Source of the DNA: Rebecca billardiae RCC1528
Taxonomy: Eukaryota; Protista; Haptophyta
Assembly: GCA_965240325.2 (NCBI GenBank)
Contig: OZ251226.1
Span: forward strand, 3,468,675-3,532,674
Reading direction: 5' to 3'
Length of the DNA stretch: 64,000 nt
Shown here: in pieces, positions 31,842 through 43,785 of the stretch
Layout of the letters: each line of letters opens with the position of its first letter
Numbering within the stretch: position 1 is the first letter of the stretch
Translations under genes and position numbers: made by a program
The notes under the pieces: model-generated
What the model was told of the DNA's origin: nothing
The model's input: the letters and a program-made list of their open reading frames with translations, nothing else
Databases searched by the model: none

Positions 31842-34800
31842 GCTCGGCGGCGGCGTGGGCGCGCTCGGCCCCGCCTCTGCCGGCGCCGGCCTCGGCGTGG
31901 AGGCGGGGTGGGGCCTCACGCTCAGCGGGCCCGAGCACGCGCTGGACGGCGGGGCGCACGACGACGACGAGGAGGTGGTGCCGTTCGTGGGCCAGCGCGC
32001 GGCGGCGGGGAGCGGCGGGCTGGGCGCGCGCGCGTCCGGCCGGCAGCCGCTGCACTGGTGGCGCGCGCTCGCGCAGCACTGGCCGCTCAGGCTCGCGCCG
32101 CACACGCACGAGCTCGCGCGCGCGGCGGTGGCGCGCGGCAACGCGGGCGCGCTCGAGGCGGTGCTCTGCCTGAGCGCCGCCACCGACTGGGGCCACCCGT
32201 TCGCGCTCCTCGCCGACGCGCCGCCCGACGGCGCGGCGGGCGCGCGCGCGCGGCCGTCGGCGCTCGCGCTCGCGACCGCGCGCGGCGACCGCGCGTGCGT
32301 GCGGCTGCTGCTCGCGCACACGGCCGCGCTCGCGCGCAAGGGCCACGCGGCGTCGGTGGCGCTGGGCGTGGGCGAGGTGCTCGTGCTCGCGCGCCGCTTC
32401 CCCTTCCTCCTCGCCTCCTTCCTGCGCGCGCTCGGCCTCGAGCGCGCGCACCCGGCGGTGGTGCACTCGGCGGTGCGCGCGCGCGTGCTGGGCGGCCACG
32501 CCTACTACCGGCTGTGGAACGGGCGCACGGTGCGCAGCGTGCTGCCCGCGCTCTCGCCGCTGCTCGGCGCGCTGCTCGGCCGGACGGAGGCGGTGCCGGC
32601 GGGGCACTTTGTGACGCGGCAGACGCGCTGGCGCGACGCGCCCGAGGTGTGGCTCGACCTCGCCGAGCGCAAGGACGCGGTGCTGGCCGCGCCCGTGTGC
32701 GCGCTGCGCGTGCCGATCGCGGACGCGCTCGCGTGCCGCGAGCTCGTGCCGCTGCTGCTGCACTCGCGCGCGCGCACGCAGCTGCTGCGCACGCCGGCGG
32801 GCGCGGCGCTGATCGACGCCAAGTGGCACGGGTACGCGGCGCGGTGGTGGCTCTTCGAGGCGTGCCTGCTCTGCGTGTACGCCTGGGCGTACCTGCTGTT
32901 CGTGCTGCTGCTGTCGTGCGCGGACGTGGACTCGTTCACGCTCGGCGCGGCCACCGTGCGCGTCGGCCACGTGTACGCGGCCGCCTCGTCCGCGTCCAAG
33001 CTGCTGCTCGTGCTCAACGGCGCGCACACGCTGCGCGAGCTGCTGGTGTGCCGGCTGGGCTGGCGCGCGACCGGCTCGCTCTGGCGGTACTGCGCGGACG
33101 TGTGGAACTGGGTCGACTGGGCGCTGCTCGGCGCGTCCTCGGTCGCGGCCGCGCTGCAGCTGCGGTGCGCGCACGTGCTGCACGACGGAGTGCACTGCGC
33201 GCGCGGCCACGACCGGCGCGCGCCCGCGTGGGCGGCGCTCGGCATGGTGACGCTCGGGCTGCGGCTGGTGGGCGCGATGCGCGTGCTCCCCGGCATGGCC
33301 GAGATCATCCACACGCTGATGGCCGTCGCCGTCGAGCTGTACCACTTCGTGCTGCTGATGGGGCTGGTGCTGCTCGCGTTTGGGCTGGCGCTGTACGCGC
33401 GCCTCTCCGCGCGCGCGCGCCAGTGGTGGGAGGAGGAGGGGCAGGCGCAGGCGTGCGAGTGGCAGGTGGCGCCCGGCGCGCAGCCGGAGTGCGCGCCCTC
33501 CGCCGAGTTCTCCTCCTTCGCCGGCGTGCTCGTCTCCGCGTGGGGCATGCTCCTCGGCGAGCTCGAGCTGGGCGCGTTCCAGGAGCGCGCGGTGGACGTG
33601 GGTCTGCTGCTCGGGTACACGTTTCTGATCAGCGTGCTGCTGCTCAACCTGGTGATCGCCGTGATCGCGGAGCACCACTCCACCGCGGCGTCGAGGCGGA
33701 TGCTCGCGTGGCGCGAGTCGCTCGGCGCGGCGATCGCCGACGTGGACCTGCTGCTGCTCTGGTGGTGCACGACGCCCGCGCAGCACGCGCAGCGCGGCCA
33801 GCGCGGCGCGCGCGAGCCGCGCGCCGGCGGCGGGCGCGCGGGCCGCGCCGCGCGCTGGCTGCGCGAGGCGGGGCGGTGGCACCGGCTGCCCATCGACGCG
33901 CGGCGCGCGGCGGACGGCGCGAGCGCGGCGGAGGCGGAGGAGGAGGTGGGCGGCGGCGGCGCCGCGCAGCACGCCGGCGGGCCGTGCGCGCTCGCGCTGC
34001 TCGCGCTCGCCGCGGCGGGCGCGAGCGCGGGCGGCGCCGCGGGCGCGACCGCGCTCGGGCTGGTGGCGCACTCGCGCGTGGGCGCGTGCGCGCTCTCCGT
34101 GCCCGCGTCGACGCTGCTCTTCTCCGCGGCGACGAGCGCGGCGGCGCGCGCGCCCGCGCTGCTGCGCGGCGCGGCGCTCGCGCTGCTGCCGCGGCTCGCC
34201 GCCGCCGCCGCCGCCGCGCCCGCGCTGCGCGCCGCGCTCGGCCGCGCGCACGCGGCCGCGCTGCGCGCCGCCGCGCGCGCGGCCGCGCAGGGGCCGCCGG
34301 GCTCGCGCGAGCAGGTGGCGACGGACTGCGCGCTGGTGGTGTGCCTGCTCGCCGCGCTGCTCGGCGTCGGGCTGGCGTACAGCCTGCCCGCCACGCTCCG
34401 GCCGCTCGGCGAGCCCACTGCCGCCGCGCTGCTCGCGGCGTGCGGCAGCGCGGCCGGCGTGGGCGTCGCGCTGCGCGCGCGCGCGTCCGCGCGCGCGCTG
34501 CTCGGCGGCCTCGTGCGGCTCACGGCGCTCGTGCTCGTGTGCGCGACGCTCGCGGGGCTGGGCGCGCTGCTCGGCTTCGCGCAGGTCGCCGCGACCGGCG
34601 GCGAGGACGAGGACCGCGTCACCGCCGGCGCGTACGCGGGCGGGCTCGTCGGCGCGCTGTGCGCGTGCGGCGCGTGGCTGGGCGGGCTCGCGCCGCTCGC
34701 GGCCGCGCTGTGCGCGAGCGCCGCGCCCGCGCCCACGGCGGCGCGGCTGCTGCTCGGCGCGTGGGCGGCGGCCGCGCTGTGCGCCGGGCTGCTCGCGGTG

Positions 34801-35649
34801 CACGTGGGCTACCGCGCGCTGCACGCGCTCTACGTGCCCGGCGCGCCGCTGCACGCGCGCGCCGAGCTGCGCGCGATGGCGGCGAGCGCGCTCGCCTCGG
34901 CGGGCGGCGCACACACCGCGCTGCCGCGCGGCGCGTGGCTCTCGGACGCGGCGGCGGTGCGCGCGCTGCTGCTCGCGGAGGCGCGCGCGCGGCCGCTCGA
35001 GGCGGCGTTCCACTGCGCGGTGGCGGCGGCGGCGGCGTACGCGGGCCACGCGCTCGCGCCCGCCATCGAGGCGCGGCTCGGCGGCGTCGCCGACGCTGCG
35101 GCCGCGGACGCGGGCCTGCTCGCGCGCGGCGGCGGCGCTGCGGGCAGCAGCGCTGCGGGCAGCGCCTACTACCAGTACGGCGAGGCGGTGCTCGGCGCGG
35201 ACAACGCGCGCTTCATGCCGCCCACCACGCTCGGCGCGGGCGCGGTCGCGCTCGGCCTGCTGGGCGCGCGCGCGCTCGCGCGCCGCGCCGCGGCGGCGTG
35301 CGGCGGCGCGAGCGGCGCGCGCGCGCGCGGCTGGGCCGGCGGCGGCCGCGCGTACGGCCGCCTCGCGCCCGAGCGCGCGCGCGGCGCTGCTGCCGCCGCC
35401 GCCGCCGCAACCGCCGAGCGCGGCGCGGCGCCGCGCGCAGGCCCGCACGCCACGGACGGCGTGGGCGGTGCGCACGCCGCGCGCGACGGCGGCGCGCCGC
35501 GCGGCTGCGGCGGCGCGCGTGGCGCGGCGTGGGCGATGCCCGAGCGCAGCCCGCTGCGCTGGGTGCAGGTGCTCGCCACGCTGCCCGCGCCCGAGCTCAT
35601 GCTCGGCCAGCAAGCGCCGCCCGCCGGCGGCGGCAACCAGTGGCAGTAG
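27820..35649 (+). CDS. Giant WD40-repeat / TRP-like cation channel with extra C-terminal membrane segments
   Basis: WD40 signatures SGGADGAVRAW, SGGADGRARLW and TGGADGAVRVW; ankyrin-like helices; channel core LIDAKW...DVWNWVDW...FGLAL...FSSF..LVSAWGMLLGE...VLLLNLVIAVI. One open frame of 7.8 kb. Confidence 0.75.
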
Positions 35650-36029
35650 GCGGAAGGGTCGGCAGCGCGGGCGCGACGCGGCGCCCCGCACCTCGTGGCC
35701 GCCGGCCGACGCGGCGAGTCCGCGGGCGCCCGGCGCGGATGGCTCCGAGTCCGCTCCGCGCGCGCGCCGCGCGCCGCCGCCGCTCATGGACGCGTCGCTG
35801 CCACGGGCGCGGCGCATGCATCGGTGGGGCTAGTCGGGCGAGCCATCGTGCCGCCGCCGCCCCGCTGGGAGGCGGCGCCGCGCGACGCAGGCCCCGAGCT
35901 TGGTGAGATTTGGGCGCCAAGGGCTGTCGCCCGGCGGCGGGCGCCATCGTGATATGTACGAGTTAGTTGGCGTGTTCACACTGGGAGTCGCCCGTGATTG
36001 GTCCAAAGCAGATCCCGCCAGATCCCGCC

Positions 36030-36437
36030 ATGCAGCAATCGAATTATTGGCGGCGCGGTGGCCTCCCGACCGCGATGATGTTCCCCGAGCTTGAGAAGCT
36101 GGTGCACGCGAAGGGCGCGACCGTCGAGGTGGAGACGGTGCCGACCCCCACGACGAGCACGGCCACGTTCGAGCTCGCCCCTGCCGCGCCGGAGCCCTCG
36201 AGCGCTCCGTCCTACTCGTTCGAGGGCCAGCTCATGCTCCCAATCGAGAAGCTGGTGCACGCGAAGGGCGCGACCGTCGAGGTGGAGACGGTGCCGACCC
36301 CCACGACGAGCACGGCCACGTTCCAGCTGGATACATCCGCCCCGGCGCCCTCGACTTCGTTCGCGGACGAGGCTGCCCCTGCGCTTCTCCCCATGGCGGC
36401 AACGCCCTCGGCAACGTTCGGCTTCTTGCCCTTCTGA
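36030..36437 (+). CDS. Small hypothetical protein with an internal duplication
   Basis: ATG at 36030; GC3-rich codons; EKLVHAKGATVEVETVPTPTTSTATF occurs twice. Confidence 0.5.
   Translation: MQQSNYWRRGGLPTAMMFPELEKLVHAKGATVEVETVPTPTTSTATFELAPAAPEPSSAPSYSFEGQLMLPIEKLVHAKGATVEVETVPTPTTSTATFQLDTSAPAPSTSFADEAAPALLPMAATPSATFGFLPF
36093..36323 (+). repeat. 78-bp exact direct repeat (36093-36170 and 36246-36323)
   Basis: Identical copies 153 bp apart, in frame. Confidence 0.92.
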
Positions 36438-36869
36438 GGAGTCGACGAGTAAGAGTGCCGCCGGCGCGCCGCGCGGCGAGGCACGGACCCGGGCCCATCG
36501 CGGCAACTCTGAGCTTGGCTGAGCACCGCGCGATCTGAAGGCGCAATCATGAAAGGCGCCCAGCAACCCAGCGACCACTCCGGCTCAAGAAGATGATCGC
36601 GCGCCGACGCTGGGCAGGCTCACCGCCGCGAGCAGCGCGAAGACAGTCGCCAACCGCTGAATTGAGAATCGATGAGCCCAAAGGGAGATCGGTTATCTGA
36701 ATTATCTCCCTCAATGAGACGATGAAAATGGCATGTATTAATCATTCTGGCGGATGCGCTGATGAATAGAGCCGTTGCGGCTTGCGCGCGGTCGCAAGGG
36801 CCAAGGCGCTGTCCAGTTTCCACCTCCTGAGCGGTGCGTGCCGTGCCGACCAGTTTTGGGGTGGCCATC

Positions 36870-37543
36870 ATGGCAGAGGTCGCCGAGGACATGGGGACTC
36901 GAGCGCGACGCATCCCGCCGGGCCTCGTGGTCGCCGCGGCGTGCAAGTACAGCAACCAGGCGAAGAGCAACGCGATCATGCTGATGCTGCCCCTGCTCGT
37001 GCTCGAGCGCGGCTGGCCGCTGAGCACGGTGGCGGGCGCGATCCTCGCAAAGAACACGCTGCCCTTCTTCACGACGTTTGCGTGGGCGGGGCTCGCCGCG
37101 CGGATCGGCGCGCGGAACGCGCTGGCCGTGCGCCAGGTGCTGCACCTCGGAACGATGATAGGCCTCACCCTCGTGCCCAGCCCGCTCGTCCTCATCGTCG
37201 TCCGCGCCGTGCAGGGCACGCTCACCGCGGGCGTGCTGATCGACCTGCTGATCTACGAGGAGGCGCTCGGACGCGCGCCGCCGCACCTCACGCCCAAGGA
37301 GGCGAAGAAGGCGCTCAAGGTGCGCTTCAGCCGCGCGTTCGCGCTGATCGGCTGGTGCAAGCTGGCGGGCAAGCTCTCCGGCCTCGGGCTGCTCATGCTG
37401 TACCCGTGGCTCGGCTGGGTCGGTGTGATGCTCTGCTTCACAGCGCTGAGCGCACTCGCCACGCTGCTCGCACTCGCCGTCGCGGCAGCCGGCTGCTGCG
37501 CGAGGAGGGCGCGCCCAGAACCCGGGGACGAGGTGCCGCCGGT

Positions 37544-37598
<55 letters not shown>

Positions 37599-38531
37599 GC
37601 CGCCGCCGACCCCCTGCGCGGCATCGTGCTGGCGCTCGGCGGCGCGCAGCCAAGGCCGGGCGGCGCGCGCGCGCAGACGGCGCCGTCCAAGGGCGGCGCC
37701 GCGGCCGAGGCGCGCGCGACGGCGCCCGCACCCGCGGCCGCGCCCGCATCGGACGAGCGGCCGCGCGCCCGGCTGTGCGGCCTGTGCGCGCTGGCGCATC
37801 CGGGCGTGCTCTGCCTGGTCTGCCTCTCCCTGGCGAACGGCTCGATGGGCCTGGCGTACACGGCCCTCGCCTCACTCGCCGCGTTCGAGCAGCTCGGGCT
37901 GAGCCCGACGCTGGTGGGCGGCGTGCTGGTGGGCGCGCTCGGCGTCGGGCTGGCCTTCGCGCGCGTGGTGCCCCGGCTGATCGACGCGCTCGACCTCTTC
38001 CGCTCGGCGCTGCTCGCGTTTGCGCTCGTGCTCGCGCCGGGCTTGCTCGCTGCGCTCCTGCCCGTCTCCGCGCCCACCGTGCTGCTGCCGGCCGCGCTCG
38101 TGCCGCAGGCGGTGCTCGTGCTCAGCGTCGTCGTGAAGACGGCGGCGGGCAAGTTCATCGACGAGCAGGACGCGCAGAAGGAGCTCGTGGTGAGCGTGCT
38201 CAAGCTCTTCGAGTCGGGGCTCGCCAAGCTGCTCGGCGGGCTCGCGGCGCTCGTGTACGCGCAGCTGGGCGCGGCCGCGGCGTACGCGTACGCGGCCGCG
38301 CTGCAGCTGCTCTTCCTCGCCGGCTTCGTCGCCGCCTCCGCCGTGGTCGAGCTGCAGGAGAGGCGGCGGCGGCGCGAGGAGGCGCTGGGCAGGTGGCGCC
38401 ACTCCATCAGCTACACGATGTGGGCGGCGCAGCTCGTGAAGCAGCTCGACCCGCTCGCCTTGCAGGACCACACGCGCGTGTTGCAGGAGAGGGCGTACGA
38501 CGCCGTCCTCGCGGACGACGACGAGTACTGA
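36870..38531 (+). CDS. MFS-like multi-pass transporter with poly-Pro central loop
   Basis: Two blocks of about 6 hydrophobic helices; GLAARIGAR resembles MFS motif A; the central loop is encoded by (CCG)n. Confidence 0.65.
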
Positions 38532-39173
38532 TCGGTCTGATCTGACGACGAGCTAGCTCGGACTCCTAAGCCTAACGGGCCGGGCCGCGATTATGACGCT
38601 CGCAGTCAGATGATATGCGCCATAGCTATGCCGTCGCGCGTCGGAGTGACGGAGTCGAACCGCGACGTCCCGGCGGGCGGAATCATCAATAATTAATCAT
38701 CCGGCGATATGACTGACTGCCCGGTATACGCGGCCAGAGCCGGAGCACTGTACGGCCTACGCGCCGGGCTATACGGCCACGGAGCCGTAGTAGGTATTTA
38801 TTGCTGACGATGTAGTTAAGAGACTGGACCTAGATAGACAGGCTTGAGCCTGCTTGATGCGCGCTGCGGGCACGCGCCGAGCCGCCGACGCACCGGCGCG
38901 AGGTCGCTGACCGTAGGCGGTCTAGACTAGTACTGATGACTCACGCGTGCCGCTGGTACTCGACGAGCCGTGACTCGTGAGTAGCGTGCTGTGCCGCCAG
39001 GGCGGCCAGCGCGCTCTGACGACGAACAGATCCGTCTCGGTGGCGCAGCAGCGCGCCCCTCGGCCTCGGGCCTGCCGCATGCGTGTGCGGGCGGCGTGCC
39101 CCGCGATCGCCTGCTTCGCGACGCCCCCCTCCTATGCCTGCGAGCGTGCTGCGCCCCTCCTCGGTGTGAGCGC

Positions 39174-40436
39174 TCAGCCGAGGTGGAAGCCGGGCGTGGA
39201 CTTTGAGATGCCCAGCTCCGCCTCGTTCATGTCCGCCTCGATCTGCGCAAACAGCGGCGTGGAGAGGTAGCGCTCGGCGGTGTCCGGCAGCATCGCGCAG
39301 ATCACCGAGCCGCTCGGCGCGTCCTTGGCCACCGTGAGCGCGGCGGCCATCGTCGCCCCGCCCGAGATGCCGGTGAAGATGCCCTCGTTGCGCGCGAGCG
39401 CGTGCGAGGTGGCGATCGCCTCGTCCCCGCTCACGGGCACGAGCTGGTCGTGCGTGCCCGCGTCCAGCCCGCCCTGCAGGTTGAGCGGCAGGAAGTCGGG
39501 CGTCCAGCCCTGGATCGGGTCTGCGGGCGGGCGCGCGCGCGGGAGAGAGGGAGCGTGGGCGGCGGGGCCAGCCGCTCAGCCGTGCGCGCGCGGCCGTCCT
39601 GCCGGCGCGTGCGCGGGGCGTGCGTGCGCGCGCGTGCACGCGGGGCGCGTGCGCGCACGGGGGGCCCACGCCTCGTGCGTGGTGGCCGGAGAGCCGTCCG
39701 CCGCGCGCTGCTGCGGCACGCCGGACGCGACGAGCGCCGCGTTGGCGGGCTCGGAGAGGATGACCTTGACCGACGGGCGCGCCTTCTTGATCACCGCGCC
39801 CGCGCCGCTGAACGTGCCGCCCGTGCCGTACCCCGTCACCCAGTAGTCGAGCCGCCGGCCCGCAAAGTCGAGCAGCACCTCGGGGCCAGTCGTCTGCATG
39901 TGCCACGCGGCGTTGGCCTCGTTCTCGAACTGGCGCGCGAGGAACCAGCCGTGCTCGGTGGCGAGCTCCTGCGCCTTCTTCACCATCCCCGAGCCGCGCT
40001 CCGCCGCGGGCGTGAGCACCACCTTGGCGCCGAGCGCGCGCATCACCTTGCGGCGCTCGATCGAGAACGTCTCCGCCATCACGATCACGCACGGGTAGCC
40101 GCGCTGCGCGCACATCATCGCGATCGAGATGCCCGTGTTGCCCGAGGTGGCCTCGACCACCGTCTGCCCCGGCTTGAGCGCGCCCGTCGCCTCGGCGTGC
40201 TCGATGATCGCGAGCGCCAGCCGGTCCTTCACGGACGAGAGCGGGTTGAAGAACTCGCACTTGGCGTACAGCTCGACGCCCGCGGGCGCGAGGCGGTTGA
40301 TCTTGACGACGGGCGTGCGGCCGACGGTCTGCGTGATGTTGTCGTAGATGGCGCGCGCCGGGACGCCCGCGTGGAACGCGCGCGCCGGGCCCGATGGCCG
40401 CAGCACGCGCGTGGCGACGGCGCGCAGCATCGTCAT
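39174..40436 (-). CDS. cysK: Cysteine synthase / O-acetylserine(thiol)lyase, probably mitochondrion-targeted; predicted intron 39521-39658
   Basis: GRTPVVKIN; KCEFFNPLSSVKDR (PLP lysine); EATSGNTG; QFEN.AN; GYGTGGT; splicing restores WAPHPIQGW; EGIFTGISGGA; PDTAERYLST. Confidence 0.95.
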
Positions 40437-40564
40437 CACGCCCACACGCTGTCAAGCGGCGGCGGCCGGGCCAGAGTTGACGAGCCCGACGTACGACGGC
40501 GGCCGGACTTTTCGCTTCAGAGTTCAGACTGCTGGCAGCGGGCGGCGCGCGGATTCAGTGGGCG

Positions 40565-41884
40565 ATGGGGGCGGCGGCGTCGCCGCTCGCGGCCGGGCGG
40601 TGGGCCGCGCTCGCGGCGTTCATCGGCACGCTCTCGCCGCTGCAGACGAGCATCAACGGCATCCTCGCCTGCGACGTGGAGGGCGGCGCGCGCGCGTCGT
40701 CGCTCGCGATGCTCGCGGCCGCGCTCCTGCTCGCGTGGCCGTCGTCGCGACGCCAGCCGGGCGCGCCGCGCGCGCCGCTGCGCATGCCGGCGGACGTGTG
40801 GGCGCTGGCGGGCGGGCCGCTCGGCGCGACGTACCTCGTCGCGGCCGTGTCGCTCGAGCCCATCCTCGGGATGGGCACGCTCTTCGTCGGCCTCTCCGCC
40901 GGCCAGCTGCTCGGCTCGCTCGCGCTCGACCATGCGCGCGCCGTCGCGCCCGTCACGCGCGCGCGGCTCGCCGGGCTCGCGCTCGCGCTCGCGTCGTGCG
41001 TCGCGGCGGCGGCGGCGCCCGCGTCGTCGGCGGTGCTCGGGCCCGTCGCCGAGCCGCCGCCGTTCGCCGCGCTCGCGCCGGGCTACGCGCTGCCGAGCTC
41101 GCGCGACGCGGTGCGCGCCGCGGGCGCGGCCGCGCGGCTGGTGGCGGCGCTCGGCGTCGCCACGCTCGCGGGCGCGGCCAGCCCGGCGCAGGCGGCGGCC
41201 AACCAGCGGCTGGCGCGCGCGCTGGGCGGCGCCGAGCGCGCGGGCTGCGCGAGCGCCGCGTGCGGCGCGCTCTGCCTCTCGCTGCTCCTCGCCAGCGTCT
41301 CTGTCGGCGGCGACGGAGGCTCGGCCGTGCCGGTGGCGGGCGCGCTCGGCGGCGCGTGCGCCGAGCTGCCGCCCGCGCGCGGCTGGCGCGTGCCCTGGGC
41401 GGCGCTGGCGAGCGGCGCGATCTCGGCGGCGTCGGTGGTCGTGCCCGTGCCAGCATGCGCGGCGGTGGGCGCGGCGGTGTACTACGTGTGCGTGCTGCTC
41501 GGCCAGCTCGGCGCCGCGCTCGCGTGGCAGCTGTCTGCCGAGCGCGGCGGCGGCGGGATCAGCGCGCGGCGCGCGGCCGTGTGCGTGCTCCTCACCGCGC
41601 TCGGCGGCGCGCTCATCGCGCTCAGCCCGCGCGGCGGCGGCGCGACGGCGGGCGGCGCGGCGGGCGGTGGCCTCGGCGCCGACGCGCGCGCGCCGCGGCA
41701 CCCGCCCGGCGACGCCGCCGAGCGCGCGGGCGGCAGGCGCGAGCTCGAGCTCGTGAGCGTGCGCTGGAGCGACGCCGCGGCGGGCGGCGGCGCCGCCGCC
41801 GCTGCGTCGGCGGTGCTGCTGCTCGCGGACGGCCCGGCGACGCGGCAGGAGCTCGCCACGCCGCTCCTGCGCGGGGCGCGGTGA
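40565..41884 (+). CDS. DMT-superfamily transporter, YdcZ/DUF606-like, two repeats
   Basis: LQTSING; W.LAGGPLGATY; GQLLGSLALDH; the second repeat has Q.AAN.RLA and GQL. Confidence 0.75.
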   Translation: MGAAASPLAAGRWAALAAFIGTLSPLQTSINGILACDVEGGARASSLAMLAAALLLAWPSSRRQPGAPRAPLRMPADVWALAGGPLGATYLVAAVSLEPILGMGTLFVGLSAGQLLGSLALDHARAVAPVTRARLAGLALALASCVAAAAAPASSAVLGPVAEPPPFAALAPGYALPSSRDAVRAAGAAARLVAALGVATLAGAASPAQAAANQRLARALGGAERAGCASAACGALCLSLLLASVSVGGDGGSAVPVAGALGGACAELPPARGWRVPWAALASGAISAASVVVPVPACAAVGAAVYYVCVLLGQLGAALAWQLSAERGGGGISARRAAVCVLLTALGGALIALSPRGGGATAGGAAGGGLGADARAPRHPPGDAAERAGGRRELELVSVRWSDAAAGGGAAAAASAVLLLADGPATRQELATPLLRGAR

Positions 41885-42434
41885 CGCCCTGCAGACGGCG
41901 GGCCGTCACTCAGTACTCCGCCGGCCCGCGCCCGGCCCGGGCGACGGCGTGCGGCGGCATCAGTGATGAATGCTTGATGATCCGCTGAACGGACTCCCGC
42001 CCGGGCCCGGCCGGCCGACCGGGCCCGGCGCTCGGGGCCGGACCTCTGCCGCCGGCGTTTATATATTCACTGACGACGTCTGACTGGCACGGAAGCCTGA
42101 TCGGACTAGTACTGCTGTGGATGGCGATTCATGACGCGATGCGTCCGCGCGGCCATAGCAGCTTGCCGCAGACTCACATGACGCATGGCCGGCGGGCCCG
42201 TCGCCGCCGCGTACTCGGCAAATCAATCCGAGCACTTAGGGCCTCGGAGCAATCCGAGAGCAGTGAACGCGGCGTGTCGGCGAGGCGGGGTCGTGCTCCG
42301 CAACCGTCTGGTCGTTCGTCGGCCATCTGCTGGCATCCGGCATGCATGCGGGGTGGGGCGCGGGGCGGCGGGGCGGCGGCCATGCGCGGACGTGCGCGAG
42401 CGCGCCCACGCGGGTGCGCGCCGGCTGTGCTCGC

Positions 42435-43785
42435 TCATCCCGCCGTGTGCATGAGCACGGACGCGGTGAGCACCTCGCGCAGGTGCTGCGAGAGCGCCGC
42501 GTCCACCGACAGCCTCGCCTCGCGCACAGAGGGCGGCGCCTCGCGCATCACGCCCTGCTGCGCGCGCGCCGGCTCGGGCGCGAGCGCGGCGCACGGCACG
42601 GCGCGGGGGCGCGCGGCCGCCGCCTCGGGCGGCGCCACGTCCTCCGAGTCCGAGTCGAGCGCGCCCGCCGACGCGGCGAGCGCGGCGAGCGAGCCGCCCG
42701 CGTGCGCGCCGCCGAGCGCGCCGCCGGGCGCGCGCGCGCGCTCCTCGGGCAGCAGCGGCGTCAGGTCGGCCTGCACGCCGACGAAGTAGGCGATGCTGCC
42801 GCTCGGGTCGCGCACGGGCGCGAAGTGCAGCAGGTTGAGGAACGCCGTGCCGTCGCGCTTGTAGTTGAGCAGCTCGGCGGTGCACGGCGTGCCGCGCGCG
42901 ACTGCTCTCCGCACCTCGCGGATCACGGAGAGGTCGGTGCCGGGGCCCTGCAGCAGCCGGCAGTTGCGGCCCACCAGCTCGTGCTTCGCGTAGCCCGTGA
43001 GCTCGCAGAAGGACTGGCGGGCGCGCGGACGCGCCGCGCGCGGGGTGGCGGCGGTGCGGACGGCGCGCGCGCGTGCGTGCGTGGCTCAGCGGCGCGCATC
43101 ACTCGCAGCGGCGTCGCGTCGCGCGGCGCGCGGCGCGCACCGGCGAGGCGTACACGATGGGGTTGTCGTCGAGGTTGGGGTCGGTGACGACGAACGTGCG
43201 CTGCAGCCCCTGCAGCGCCTCGCGCAGCCGCGGCGCCACCGCCTCGGGCAGGCGCAGCCGCGTCGCGACGCGCTGCAGCTCGAGCTCGGCCGCGCCCGCG
43301 CCGCCGCCGCCCTCGACGAGCAGCGCGAGGCGCACCTCCGAGGCGGAGCCGAGGCGCACGTCGTCCAGCGGCATGTACAGCTCGCCCTCGAGCGCGGTCG
43401 GCGCACCCGGCCGCGCGCGCGGCGCGCGCAGCGCCACGCGCTGCGCGAACGGCCGGCGCATCTGGAGCGCGCGCGTGAGCGCCTCGGGCGCGTCGCCGCA
43501 CCCCTCCTCGTCCGCGCACGCGAGCCAGTCGGCGAGGCGCTCGCCGCACAGCTGGTGGGGGGCGAGGCCGAGGGCGGCGGCGAGCGACTCGGAGCACTCG
43601 CGCACGGTGCCGTCCGCCGCGTCCACGACGAGCAGCTTGTACCCGAGCAGCTGCGCGAGCTCGCCGTCGCGCTCCGAGGCCGAGCGGTCGTGCAGCAGCC
43701 CGCACACCGTGTAGTTGCGGCGGAGCGCGGGCGGCGGCTGGGTGCTCGCGCACGCGCGGAGCGAGCCCTTGCGCTTGAGCGACAT
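42435..43785 (-). CDS. LOV-domain protein with N-terminal PAS-like region; predicted intron 43014-43140
   Basis: Splicing gives [45 protein letters not shown]...LLNYKRDGTAFLNLL...YFVGVQ, with the photoactive Cys in GRNCRLLQ. Confidence 0.9.

Noticed and set aside
27679-35817. 2,712-aa antisense ORF and many other long overlapping ORFs (e.g. 636-3545, 19487-23377, 46941-50609, 56920-59511)
   Set aside because: These are Arg/Ala/Gly-rich shadow frames, expected when stop codons are rare at very high GC. They carry no domain motifs except where they share a frame with a real exon.
38641-38680. GGTTCGACTCC (tRNA T-loop/B-box-like) on the minus strand
   Set aside because: No matching acceptor stem, D arm or anticodon arm could be built.
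17875-41884. Possible sulfur or glycan gene cluster (sulfotransferase, cysteine synthase, transporters, glycosyltransferases)
   Set aside because: The genes are dispersed among unrelated housekeeping genes; nothing in the sequence indicates co-regulation.
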